A stretch of DNA of 64,000 nucleotides, taken from positions 51,981,315 to 52,045,314 of the forward strand of contig NC_068999.1 in NCBI RefSeq assembly GCF_001194135.2. Direction: 5' to 3'. Below, piece by piece: positions 13,186 to 26,326 of the stretch (position 1 is its first letter; every line of letters begins with the position of its first letter). The notes under the pieces were generated by a model. It did not search any database and had not been told where the DNA came from. It saw only the letters and a program-made list of their open reading frames with translations. The translations under genes and the position numbers were made by a program. The stretch comes from Octopus bimaculoides. Lineage: Eukaryota.

Positions 13186-14884
13186 TATAAGCACAAGGCT
13201 AGAAATTTGGAGTGTGATAGGGCTGATTGGTTGGTTGGTTAAATCCATCTCTGTATTGGAATGGCATGTTATCGCACCCAAAAGGACTAAAAGCAAAGGT
13301 GAATCTGGTGGGATTTCAATTCAGAATGTAAAGAGCTGGAACAAATACTGCAAGGCATTTTGTCTGATGCTCTAACAATTCTGGCAATCCACTGCTAATG
13401 ATAATAATAATAATAATAATAATAACAATGATTATTATTATTATGATTAAGATAGTGTAAGTTTAACCTATTTGGGGGACAATTCCACTTGGAGTTGCTT
13501 CTATTCACTCATAAGTATACTCCTATGGAAGACAACCATTTACAGCTTCTCATATCCTCTCTGGTAAGAAATTTCAATCTTTATTCTGCACAAGAAACAC
13601 TGTTAACAGCAAATGTACTGTTCATAGTTGTAGCAGTAGTAATGTCCTCCAGGATCTGCCCATCCATACATATATCATTGGACAATCTGCAGAGAAATAC
13701 TACCAGTAACATTACTTTTGATATGGAATTATTTCATTGTTAAAAGTAATGGGAAATATAAATATGAACTTTCACAGTTTAAAATTTTTATTGAGTCATT
13801 TTTAGATGCGCCACTGAAAAATTCAGTGTCTAAATATTTTCAGCCAATAGATTATTTAGACAAATCTTTATAAACAAGGTATCTCAAAGCAAATTCAGCT
13901 ACAAATAATAGTTTATAATACATTGAGTTACAGAAGGTGCATAGTTTGAGTCCTACAAATAAACTTTCTGCTTTTTTTTTTTATATCTGTTTAAGGATTT
14001 TTTAACACAAATGTATTATAAGCTATTAATTATAATTGAATTTGCTTTGAGATGCCTCTTTAAGAAAGACTTACTTATATATTTCTTGCTGTTTCTACAT
14101 CTGTGCTAAATGGCCATTTCGATTTATATCTAAGGTAAACTTAGGCTTCTGTGTATATGTATGTGTGTATCTCAGGTAATGTGAATATCATGCTTGTTTT
14201 TTTTTGGAGGTGGGGTTGTTTAATGTAAAAAAATGAATTGTCCTCTATAGAAGCATAAGTGTTTTCAGAAATTTTATAATAAATTCTTATTTTTGGACAG
14301 TTGGTTATTTATTTTTATTTTTAAATGCTTTTTTTTTAAATCATCTTTTTTATATATTCAAAAAAAAAAAACATTTCTGGCATTTTTAGCATTTTGTTTT
14401 TATTTTTTACTTTGGTACTTTGGGTAAATGTAGAATTCACATTTTAGTTTTATTTAATTGTTCATATTATTTTATTTCTCAAAACAAAATAACTTGGTTG
14501 GGAGTTAAGTGGGGTTTTTGACAAAACTTTATTTATCTAGAACGGTTCTCCTTCCCCTCTATTATTTTTGTACATTACTTTGAACTATTACCACCGAGGC
14601 ATTGAAATTATAATTGCATTGTCAATTTTTTTAATTTATTTCAAAGTAAAAAAAATGTTATTCTGTTGAACATTATTATAATTTACCAATATTTTGGTCT
14701 TAACTGTAATAAAGTTTGTTGTAGAAAACAAATTCTAATCTGTTAAACCTTACTAATTTCATTAAAATTTTGCTTTGCTTTATATTTATTTATTTATTTA
14801 TTTTATTTTACCCCAACCACTTCAGTAGACAATCATCATTAAAGTTGTATTTTATATATAGGCATAATCAAATAGATCAGAGCA

Positions 14885-15330
14885 GCTTCACTAGAAGGTA
14901 TTGATGAATTGTTGTTAGCCATCATAAATAAAGATATTAATGTTGTAGCCTCTATAATTGATAGATTTTTGGTCCCTTTAAGTGATGATATCTTGATGCA
15001 GCTTTTAATCATTCTGTCATAATGTCACAGCAAATTTACATACTATGGAGTGCTTTCTCTGCACTTTTTCCAAATAGTTATTAAGACTGATTTTTAGGGA
15101 GGCCATTTGGTTTTCCAAAAGCATTAGCAATAAATTCTAAGTTAAATGATCATTTTTGATATTGAAACCAGGAGGCAGATAAGGCTTGTTGAGGGCTTAG
15201 CTTCCATTTTTTTGCTGTGTTCAATATGTACAGGCAAGACTTCCAAGAGAAATTTTGCAAGAAAGGGAAACTGCACTTTTGCTCTAACTTCTAATCCCAG
15301 AGTGAACGTCTTCTCGAAATTCAAGGTGGC
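14885..15330 (-). mobile_element. Heavily degraded RTE-like LINE reverse transcriptase relic
   Basis: Broken frames give IWKK... and (KG)DQKSINYRG, which resembles the KGD....NYRGI RT motif. There are many stops. Confidence 0.4.
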
Positions 15331-16735
15331 CAGGAGAGTTTTTTTTTTTAATTCAGAGAAGGGCTTCCCTGTCAGATATTTATGGGCTCTGAACTGATGT
15401 ACTAGCTTACCCCTTTCCCTAATAGCCTTTGCATATAAGTTATCTTTGTAAAGAGAATGTGGCTAAAACAAACCATTGATATATAGAGACAGCTTTATGC
15501 AGTAAATGCTGCTATTTACCACATACAGTTTATGTGGAAATATTGTGAAAAACTAAGATAATATTGATTTCATTTCACTAGACACAGGGCCAACATTTAT
15601 AAAAGATGGTTATTGTTGAATAAATTGATTCCACTTTGTTGCTGATACTTATTACGTCTAAAAGAATGAATGAACTTGTCAGTTCCATAACAATCTGAAC
15701 TTACAACAGTGAACTATTGAACTAGCTACAGTAAAACAGATTTAACCATGCACTCTATTGTTTTGGCCACCTCTACTGCCCTACTTTCATATACAATATT
15801 GATCTCTAACTTTAGCAGAAAGCCACAACTTTTGTTAGCAAAGGTATGCTAAATTATTTGACCTCTGATGCTTATTTAATTGGCTGCAGAAGGAAAAAAA
15901 GATTAAACAGACTTCATCAGGATTTGAACTCTAATATAAAGGTACAACATTAAATATCTGGTGATCTCTTGATTCTGCCATCCCCACTCCTTTCTCTCTG
16001 ACACATAAGGAGATATTGCTTATAATCAACATTTTTAATTACTATAGGTACAACCGTGACTGTGTGGTAAGTTTGCTTCCCACCCACATGGTTCCAAGTT
16101 TAGTCCCATTGCATGGCACCTTAGGCAAGTATCTTCTACTATAACCTCAGGCCAACCAAAGCCTTGTGAGTGGATTTGGTAGATGGAAATTGAAATAAGT
16201 CCATCATGTGTGTTAGTCCCCCAACTGCCACTTGTCAACTGGTGTTGGTGTGTTTGAATCCCCATAACTTAGCAGTTCAGCAAAAGAGACCAATAGAATA
16301 AGTTCCAGGCTTGAAAAAAAACAATTAAGTACTGAGGTTGATTCATTTGATTAAAAATTCTCCAAGGCGGTGCTCCAGCTTGGCTGCAGTCTAATGACTG
16401 AAACAAGTAAAAGAAAGAAAAGAATACCAGTCCTAATTAGTGAATTAAAACTACTGTGTATTTGTAAGATAATTAGTAATCAAATGCTATGTCTCATTTC
16501 AGTAGAGTATTTTTAATACTCGTCTTATGTTAGTTTCTCATATTACTGAAAAATACTTTAAGATGTGTTTGAGATTAAAGTTAAGACATTCTATATCTAC
16601 TTTCAAAACCCAGTTACGAGGGACAAGAGGTCTTTTCCCTTGAGAATCTCGCAAGAACTTCCAGTTTAAGTGTCAATTTATATAGATTTTAACTTTTACA
16701 TGAGAAATGTAGAAAGGTTACACCCTCACATACAG

Positions 16736-16784
<49 letters not shown>

Positions 16785-16894
16785 NNNNNNNNNNATGGTT
16801 TCATGCTAAAACGCTTTCAGAAATGTAGAGGTAAAAATAGTAATCATCAGGCATAGCTGCCATGAGATTATATTATGTAAATAATAATGATATT

Positions 16895-16934
<40 letters not shown>

Positions 16935-17038
16935 TACTCACACACAAATGAGTATGGACAAATGAAAGAATGTAGCACTCAACACATTTGGTAGGATTTA
17001 TATATATATTTTATATTTTAATAAGTTTGACTCGGCTC

Positions 17039-17090
17039 CATACAACTTAGTTTCATGGGTCTGTAGGATTAAACGATATCATCAGATATA
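17039..17090 (-). ncRNA. Minimal type-I hammerhead motif with intact catalytic core
   Basis: The layout is TATAT-CTGATGA-T-ATcGTTT(aatcctac)AGACccAT-GAAAC-TAA-GT-T-GTATG. Stem I is TATAT/GTATG (5 bp, two G-U pairs) and stem II is imperfect. Confidence 0.6.
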
Positions 17091-18959
17091 TGTCTGTATG
17101 AAGCTAAAGGATAACCTCTACATTGCTGCTTGGCCTGACAGAAAACTCAAACTCACATTAGTCTTAAAATAGAAGAAAATATATAAAGGAATGATGCATT
17201 GTGCCTGAAAGGAAGAGCTTGTTAAGGCTAAAATCCTCTGATCATAGCTCTTTCAGTTAGGGCTGCTGAGAAACAAAACAATATAGGTCATATATACAAG
17301 ATATATGCTATATAAATAGATATAGATACACACACACACACACACATACATACACGATATGTAATATATACGTGTGTGTGATCTTACATTGATTTTATTT
17401 GCAAACACATACACGCACATATTTGCAGTGTATTTAAACAAAATGGGAGTTGCTTGATATAAAGACTAAACATGTATAAAAAGATAAAACTTAGAATTTA
17501 GTCCTCACATTTTATCATTTTTCATATATGGTCTCTTTTTATGAGCACATTTCATATTGTTTAAAAAAATGTAGAGGTGTATGTAATATATATTTACAAT
17601 ACACACCCACATACAGAGTATATGTAGCATGTGTGTGTGTGTGTATGTATTTGGGATAGAATGATAAAGCTAAAATGCTGTTTGTTTCCTCTGGCAACTG
17701 GCTGTCAGTTTTATAGATTTTAAATTACAAATTTTTAAAATGCAGTTCAGCATGTAAAGATTGTTTTATAGAAGGATAAAGCATTGAAAATATTTATTTT
17801 CATAACTTCATGCATTCTAACTAGGTAACATGAAAGCTGGTCATAGCAGAGCCATTTTAACTACAATTCTTCTCCTGTTGGTGACTTGAATTAGAAGTAT
17901 TTGGTTTTTGTATAAGTAAACTAATGCTATTATTAGTAGTAAGTCAGTTAAAATACTGGCCTTTTATCTTCTTTTTCTTTTCTTTTTTTTTTTTTAATCA
18001 TATTAATATTCATATTCTGTTTTGAAATTTTTCTAGATTCAAAACCTGATATTTCTATACCATTCTAGAATTTTAGGAGATGAAAACTTGCTCATGCATA
18101 ATTCTATACAACTGAGGAGAAACATCATCATTGTTTAATGTCCACTTTTCCAGGCTTGCATGGGTCAGATGGAACTTGTTGAGGCAGGTTTTTCAACAAC
18201 CAGATACCCTTCTTGGTATCAGCCTGTTTCCAAGCAAGGTAATATTTCCCCATAGCTAGACATGTTTTTTTTTTTCTGTAAGACAGGAAGCAAACAGCAT
18301 CACTTGTATCACAGTGATGCTCATTTACAGTTATCACATGATGTCAAACAATGGTATGAATAAATGTACACACCCAAATATACTACAGGTTTCTTTCAGT
18401 TTCCATCTACCAAATCCACTAACAAAGGCTTTGATCAACCTGATGCTATAGTTGCTCAAGGTGCTGCATAGTGGAACTGAATCAAAAACCTCTTGGTTGG
18501 GAAGCTTCTCGACCACACAGCCATGCTTGCACCTATAGAATATAAGCACTTAGATTTTTAGATAGACTCTGTTGTATTATTCTTAGCACAATCATTACAT
18601 GAAATTTCAGAATCTCATTACCTTTATGTGTTGTTAATTAATCCCTCACTGGTTAAGATAACAAAATTGATTGTATTTATTTAGACTTAAGAAGCATTCT
18701 TAATGTTCAGTTGCCTTTTATCTGCTATTTCTAACGCTGCAAAAGCCATCTTATTATTATAGAAGATAGCTTAGATTTACTCTGGACAATAATGGAATGT
18801 AGCTTCTCATTAGAATCGAAAGTAAAATATCAACAGAACTATTATTGCAACTTGTATATCTATTGATGTTTAATTAACATGTCCATCTGTAACCAAATTG
18901 ACCATTTTAATGAAGGGGAAGAAAAAATTACATATAGCAGTAAAATAATAATAATAGTA

Positions 18960-18995
<36 letters not shown>

Positions 18996-19596
18996 ATTAT
19001 TATTATTATTAAGGCAGCAAGCTGGCAGAATCATTCCCACAGAATGTTTAATGGTATTTCATCCATCTTTACATTCTGAGATCAAATGCTGCCAGGATTA
19101 ACTTTACCTTTCATTCTTTTGGGGTTGATGAAATAAGTACCTGTTGCACACTGGGGTTGATGTAATCAACTTATCCCTCTCCCTCTAAAACTTTGGCTAC
19201 TATGACTAGACCTGAAATGAATTCTGAAGTGGTTTGGTTTTCTGTTGCCTTCTCCAGACAGGTGGGATTTGAACTCAAAATGTAGAGAGCCAAAAGATAT
19301 ACCAAAAAGCATCTTTGCCAATGCACCAATGATTCTACCATACTCCCTCCCACAGAGGGACATGAAATGAAGTGTTTTGCTCAAGAACATGACACACTGC
19401 ATGACCTGGAAATCAAGTTCATGATCACTGGATCATGAGTGCAACACCCTAACCACTAGGCCATGTGCTTAGTGATGACTTTAGAGTAAGGTAAACAAAA
19501 ATGTAATTTATGCTAATTGAAAATAACATTAACATGTTCATAAACAAATCAAAACAGTTAAATCCATAGAAATATTGGGTTGTATTAGTGATGCAA

Positions 19597-19863
19597 ACTG
19601 AGTATTGGTATACTCCTTATGACATTTCTGCTGTCCACTCTGAGTTTTCTCACCAGGACATGTCAGTTGTACAAAGTGAGTATGTCAACTGAGTATAAAT
19701 AGTATACTCACTAGGATATTTCAGCTATCTGCTCTGAATTTTCTCATTTGGACATGTCAGTTGTACAAAGTGAGTATAGTCTCTGTAACAATGTCCTTTG
19801 TACAAACAATATACTCAGTAGGACATTAGTTGTACATTCTGAGTATTCTCATTAGGGTATACC
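19597..19863. repeat. Degenerate tandem repeat, period about 91 bp
   Basis: actgagtat starts at both 19597 and 19688, ggacatgtcagttgtacaaagtgagtat occurs twice, and a decayed third unit follows. Confidence 0.7.
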
Positions 19864-21051
19864 AGTGAACCATTTTTTTAGAATTATTGTTCTTTCACAT
19901 ATGGCTTTATTTTCTTATTTATTTCTTGTGCTTTACTGGTATCCAAAGTTTTGGGTTTTTTTAATTGATCATATTAATTTCTTATTACATGAATTGGAGA
20001 AAAAAAATAGCGATATATCAGTGGTATGTTTCCATTTCTGTAGCTTTCTCAATCATTTGTAGAATGGAATTAAGCCTATATCTAATTCTACCTTCCTATC
20101 TCTATTCTTATTTGTTCTTTTTGTTTCCTTTTCCTTTTGCCTTCCTTCACCATCCACCTCAGCAAGGCCTGGATCTGTCTGTCCTACAGTCTATACTTTA
20201 TAGTCTAATCAGTCACTTAAAACCTCTATATATATCTAGTTATATTGTTTTTATTATAGTTAACATTGTAAGATGGCGAACTGGCTGAATCATTAGTACA
20301 CCAGGCGAATTGGCTAATGGTATTTCGTCTGCCTTTATGTTCTGAGTTCAAATTCCACCAAAGTCGACTTTGTCTTTCATCCTTTCAAGGTTGATAAATT
20401 AAGTACCAGTCGCATACTGAGGTCGATCTAATCAATTGGCCCCTTCCCCAAAAATGTTGGGCCTTGTGCCTAGAGTAGAAAAGATTATAGTTAACGCAAT
20501 AATTAGTGTAATAATTAGTTAAGCTTTGTAAATTTCTTCAGTTGGTCTTATCATTTTGATATTTCTTGTTCATATTTACAGATTAAATATAGATTTGGTA
20601 GAACAAGATAAACAAAACTCAGTACATGAGTAAATATATATTATTTTACCCAGCAGAAGGCAGTGAAATGGTAGAGCCATTACTATACCAGACAAAATGC
20701 TTAGCATTTCCTTCAGTTTTACATTCTGAGTTCAAACACCATTGAGGTCAACTTTGCCTTTCATCCCTTCGGGGTTGATAAAATAAGTACCAATTGTGCA
20801 CTGGAGTTGATGTAGTCAACTTACTCCACCCCGCAAAATCACTGGCCCTTTACCAGAATCTGAAAATGTTATTTTAATTAGCAAAACTTATGAATTGACC
20901 CAAAATTTGATAAGTGCCATCCACGATATTCTCAGCCCTTGAGTCACTTCATCACTTCTGCTGATTAAAAATAATAAAATTAATTAAATATAAGACTTTT
21001 CTTACAGATTCTAAGATTTATATTTGTAGTTTTGGAGCCAATGTTTTAGTT

Positions 21052-21271
21052 CAGTGTTTCTCAACCATTATTTTACCTATGGCCCTCTTTGATTCCTATT
21101 TTACATGAATGGACCCTCATAGCTATTCAAGGCTTAAGAAATCCTTTATATCAATTATCAGGAATTGTATAAAAAAATTGCTAAAATATCTAGTGTCTTG
21201 TAAAAGTTTAACCAATTTATTGCTTATAAATTTTAACAAAATCTTACATGGAACCCATTTGAGAACTACTG
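21052..21271. mobile_element. hAT (Charlie-like) MITE
   Basis: The termini are CAGTGTTTCTCAA and TTGAGAACTACTG. The 8-bp flanks ttttagtt and ttctagat match at 6/8. Confidence 0.55.
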
Positions 21272-21859
21272 TTCTAGATTGTCTATCATTTTGCTTCATT
21301 TTGTTCAGCATTTGTAACAGTTGATATTTATATATTGGAAACGAGCAAAAGAAGAAAAATTGTCTTCTATGTTTGTTAGTAATTTCTTTGGTAATATTTT
21401 CTTCTGAAATTGTTTTTGCACTCATGCATACTGTGACATCAGATAGCTTTCCAAAGATTCTCATGACATACTACATTGCTTATCAGCAAGTTACCGATTA
21501 TTTTATGGCATCAATACCTGGGCTGTCCTTTATTTATTACTTTTTTATTGTTGTTGTCTATTTTTTTCATACATGTGCTCAACATTTTCTTTTTTACTTT
21601 CATTTCTTTCATTCATTGGTTTGTTTGTCTTTTTTTTAATAATTTTTTTCATTGTTTCCTTATTAATAATTTCTGCATGACTCTTATATAAAGGCAACAT
21701 AGCATCTGAGGTGGAAAAAAGCTTCATTTATTCCCTCCTTAATCAATATATGTAAATGTATGTTGGAATGGGCAAATAAAAATACCTTTATTGCATTATG
21801 ATCTTTCATATTTGTTTCTTTCTTTACCTATTGTTTTCTAATTAATATTACATACATAT

Positions 21860-21902
<43 letters not shown>

Positions 21903-24345
21903 NNNNNNNNNNNNNNNNNNNNNNNNNNNNNNNNNNNNNNNNNNNNNNNNNNNNNNNNNNNNNNNNNNNNNNNNNNNNNNNNNNNNNNNNNNNNNNNNNN
22001 NNNNNNNNNNNNNNNNNNNNNNNNNNNNNNNNNNNNNNNNNNNNNNNNNNNNNNNNNNNNNNNNNNNNNNNNNNNNNNNNNNNNNNNNNNNNNNNNNNNN
22101 NNNNNNNNNNNNNNNNNNNNNNNNNNNNNNNNNNNNNNNNNNNNNNNNNNNNNNNNNNNNNNNNNNNNNNNNNNNNNNNNNNNNNNNNNNNNNNNNNNNN
22201 NNNNNNNNNNNNNNNNNNNNNNNNNNNNNNGTGTATTTTACGTGCCACCTGCACAGGATCCAGTCCATCGGCACTGGCAACGATCTCGCTTGAATGTCTT
22301 TTCATGTGCCACTGGCACAAGTGCCAGGGAGGTGACGTTGGTAACGATCAACGGCCACGCTCGAAATGGTGTATTTTACATGTCACCTGCATAGGGGCCA
22401 GTCCATCGGCACTGGCAACGATCTCGCTCAAATGTCTTTACACGTGCCAGGAAGGTGACATTGGTAACGATCACGCTGATGCTATTTACTACATTAAGGG
22501 GACACATGTCTGTGGAGTGCTCAGCCACTTGCATGTTAATTTCAAGAGCAGGTTGTTCCATCGATCAGATCAACTGGAACCCTCATTATCATAACCAACA
22601 GAGTGCCAGTTATATTTGACAGAGGAATCTGAATGCTAAAGGGTTAATTAATCTTGCTGTACTTGGCTCAGAGTTCTCCCATGAGTTTTATGTAAGGCAA
22701 CAGACAAGTAACCATTCCAATATGTCATTGTCTTGAACTACTCACTGCACAAAGACTAAACCTTCAGTTGTTATCCAGCAACTTATAATGACTTATAAGA
22801 CTATTACTTTGTCTCTTCACCTCAATGTTTCACAGGTTGCAGGTAGGTCACTGAACTTTGAAATTATTTTTATTACACTGCTAGACAGATGTTTAACTTA
22901 ATCCTATTCATGTAAAAATATCTTTTGCCAAACATTGTGTGATCTTTAGGTTTTTGTGATGTTTTTCTGACCAATATTTCATTTAACCTTTTCCAGATTA
23001 ATGTCAGAAATTCTAAGCACAGAAGTCAATATTCTTTTGTTGTACAGTTAAATGTAAAATATTTGTTAATTTTAATAACATTGTTTGATTTCTCTTAAAT
23101 TCAAACTAAACATTTTATTTCTGTTTCAGATGATGTCTTTGAAAAAATGTATTAATAATTTATCTACTAAATATGTAATCTTTTTCTCTTCCATATACCA
23201 AATTTTCTTTGAAAAACTTGTTGCTTATGTGATTATTATACTCTTTGGATCAAGATTTTACTATTACTGGTCATTTGTGCTTTACATGAGGTAAAGCTGA
23301 TATTTAAATGTTATTTATACCTTTGTTTAAACTCTAATTCAAGTTGTATAAATAATAAGTTCACTTCACAGCCGTGTGGTTTTGGGTTCAGTCCTTCTGT
23401 GTGACACCTTACACAAATGTCTTTCATTATAGTCCAAAGCTTTGTGGTAGAGGAATTTAGTAGATGGAAACATTCAGAAGCCTCTGTGTGTGTCTGTGTG
23501 TGTGTGTGTGTGTATCTATCTGTTTATCTATGTATCTATCTATATGTGTATTTATCTGTCTATTTATCTATCTATCTATCTACCTATCTACATACATACA
23601 TACACACACGTCTTTATGTTTATCCGTTATCTCTTGACAACTGGTGTGTCCCAAAGAGGCAGAGATAATTTTGATAAATCAAGAATTTGTGTTGTATGGT
23701 GTTTGACATGTCTGTATTTGTCTATGTTCATATACATACCACTCGGTTACTCTAAGTTATTTCTCTTAGCTCATTTTTGTTTAATCTATGCACACTACCC
23801 AGGCCACAAATGTGTTCTACTCTTTTTGAATATGTTTGTGTCCCTTGGCCCCTAGAGTGAGGACAGATGCCATGCAGATGGTGCATATTGAGGTAGAAAC
23901 ATATGCCCACAACTATCTTCTTATCTCCAGACAATAAGTCTATTTGTTTCCTTAATGATATGCCAAACTTGGAGAAGTCTTAACTCATGATGTTATTTCC
24001 CTTCCTCATTTGGAGCTGCTCTCAGTTGCCATTCAGTAATTATGACACATCCTCTCCAGATAGAGATAATTTGAAATGTTAAGGAAGTCGATTTCTATGG
24101 AAATGAAAAGTTAATACAAAAAATCAACTTTGAGATGATTCGCAAACACAACACCTAATAACCTAACGGTATATTGTTGCTGCCCCTCTGATGAGATTTT
24201 GCCTAATATAATGATTTAATTATTGTAATTATATATCTCACTGAAGCAGACATGATCAAGTTAATACAGTTCTATATTTGAGAGATGAGGAATTATGTAC
24301 GTTATTTACATTTGATGGATATTTGTCCTCATCTTGTTTGTTGTT

Positions 24346-24389
24346 AACACGTTTCAGCTGATGTACTCTCCAGCCTTCATCAGGTGTCC
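24346..24389 (-). ncRNA. Minimal type-I hammerhead motif (3-nt deletion at the cleavage site)
   Basis: The layout is GGACAC-CTGATGA-A-GGCTG(gagagtacat)CAGCT-GAAAC-GTGTT. Both core boxes are intact. Confidence 0.7.
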
Positions 24390-24567
24390 TGGGGGAATTT
24401 TGAACCTGGGTTCCCATTCCTAAGGTATTTTTCCGATGTTATTATCATTATTATTATTGTTATTATTATTATTATTATTTTTATTATTATTCAGGTCACT
24501 ACCTGGAATCAAACTCAGAATCTTGGGGTTAGTAGCCCGCGCTCTTAACCACTACGCCATATGCCCA

Positions 24568-24609
<42 letters not shown>

Positions 24610-24656
24610 TTGGAAAAATACCTTAGGAACAAGAACCCAGGTTCGAAATTCCCCCA

Positions 24657-24703
24657 GGACACCTGATGAAGGCTGGATAGTACATCAGCCAAAACGTTGT
24701 GTT
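24657..24703 (+). ncRNA. Minimal type-I hammerhead ribozyme motif (G12>A, probably inactive)
   Basis: The layout is GACAC-CTGATGA-A-GGCTG(gatagtacat)CAGCC-AAAAC-GT-T-GTGTT. Stem I is GACAC/GTGTT, stem II is 5 bp, stem III is the palindromic AACGTT, and the triplet is GUU. Confidence 0.75.
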
Positions 24704-26266
24704 AACAACAAACAAGATAAGGACAAATATCCGTCAAATGTAAATAATGATCAAGCTAAACCCTTCAAGATAGTGCCACGTTATGGTCACTGTCTAGGTG
24801 TCCAGGAACTGGGACAAGTATAAGTGGAAATAGCATTTAGATCTAATGGAAGAAAATGAAGAAAAAAATAAGGATAAAAAGGAAACAGACAGTGATATTC
24901 ATGACTTCCATTTACCAATCTAAATAAGAAAATTTCAACTGGTTCAGCCCACAGAATTGTCTTCCTGACAGTTTATCTCAGTTCCACAGCACTCACCACT
25001 ATAATCATATTTTCATGTATTTTAATTTATTGATAGTTTATGTTTAATATATATTCTCTCCTTTCTCTGACCTGTTTACATACATTAGTCTTTTCACTTA
25101 GACTTAAGATGACTCAAGGTGTTAAAATAACAGCAAAATAATTCTCTCCAGGATTATTGATTTTGTAAATGAAGGAAGTTATGGGTTCTCTTGAGATTTT
25201 CTTTGATAATAGAAAGCCATATCTTATATATATATATATGAAAATTATAATGACTACATACTTTCTTTTTTTGTTATTTCCTCTTAAAGAAAATCGGTTT
25301 CAGAGAATAGGCATGGTTTATTAGGTAATTTAGCAATAAAAGGACGGATTCCCATAAATATCAGTAAATGATAAAACATGTTGTTGAATAACTAAGTCAT
25401 TGGAGAACTCTGAAAGAAATGGCAGATTTCGTATGATTTTTTTTTTTGTTTTTGTATTTTTTTATGTTTCTTTTTGTTTTAGAATGGTTCATTTTAATAT
25501 AATGGGATTTTTTTAATTGTCCATACAAGAACCTGCTCTGTTGAGTTTGTTCCAGTTGAAGAAACTCAAGCCAAGAAAATAGAGATTTATATTGTGTGTG
25601 TGTGTGTGTGTGGTTGTGTGAAGGTGGTGTATAGTTAGGGAAAGGAATATCTATCTATCTGTGAATATTTTCTGATTTAAGTAACCTACATTACAGTGAG
25701 AGATTAGTAGTAAAGTGTTCCTGACTGTATCGAAATACTATAAATATTGTTTAGTTGCAGGTCAGCCTTGATCAAACAAGCTATTAATCAAAGATATTGC
25801 AGTGATGACCATTAATTTTTTTTTTGGGGGGGGGGGGTATACAGAGGTAAATAATTTTTTCTTTAAACAATAGAGTATGATTTAAAGATCTGGCTACTGT
25901 CTTTTGCAGGTTGAGTAAAACTTTTTAAACTTTTTAGTTTTGCTTGAATGTTTTAGTGTTACCTTAGCCATTCAGATCACTTCCGCTCCCAAGGAATCTT
26001 CTTCTTCTTCTTCTTCTATCATCTCCTCCTCACCATAGCCACCATCATCATCATTGTTAAGGCAGTAGCTTGGTGCAGCCTTCCAGCTTACCAGCTCCTG
26101 TCAAAGTGTCCAACGATTGCCAGCATGGGAAATGGACGTTAAATGATGATGATGATGATGATGATGATGAGCATACTGGGCAAAAACTACTTAGCAGCTT
26201 TTCATTCAACTTTACGCACTGGTTTCAAATAGTACCTAGGTTTCCAAAGCACTCAGCCACAAAGAT

Positions 26267-26326
<60 letters not shown>

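Larger units (their letters stand above)
24265..24746. mobile_element. Composite element: tRNA-derived SINE head flanked by two inverted hammerhead-bearing tails, with a 13-bp TSD
   Basis: Arms of ~24302-24490 and ~24570-24746 are reverse complements. A tRNA-like head lies on the minus strand at 24492-24569 (TGGCGTAGTGG A box, GTTTGATTCC B box). The flanks are ATGATCAAGTTAA (24252-24264) and ATGATCAAGCTAA (24747-24759). Confidence 0.85.

Noticed and set aside
13489-13743. 84-aa + strand ORF
   Set aside because: It has no recognisable domain. The opposite strand gives ICMDGQILEDI and other fragments suggestive of a decayed LINE C-terminus, too weak to annotate.
16795-16857. Minus-strand CTGATGA with downstream GAAAGCGTT and GAAAC
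   Set aside because: No convincing stem II, and stem I is out of register.
20582-20629. Possible small exon (LNIDLVEQDKQNSVH) and similar AG...GT candidates at 9250-9345, 22997-23046 and 23130-23148
   Set aside because: Such pairs arise often in AT-rich DNA, and no recognisable protein or consistent phase chain was found.
24492-24569. tRNA-like sequences (also 48170-48248)
   Set aside because: They have A/B boxes but no complete cloverleaf and continue into SINE bodies, so they are SINE heads rather than tRNA genes.
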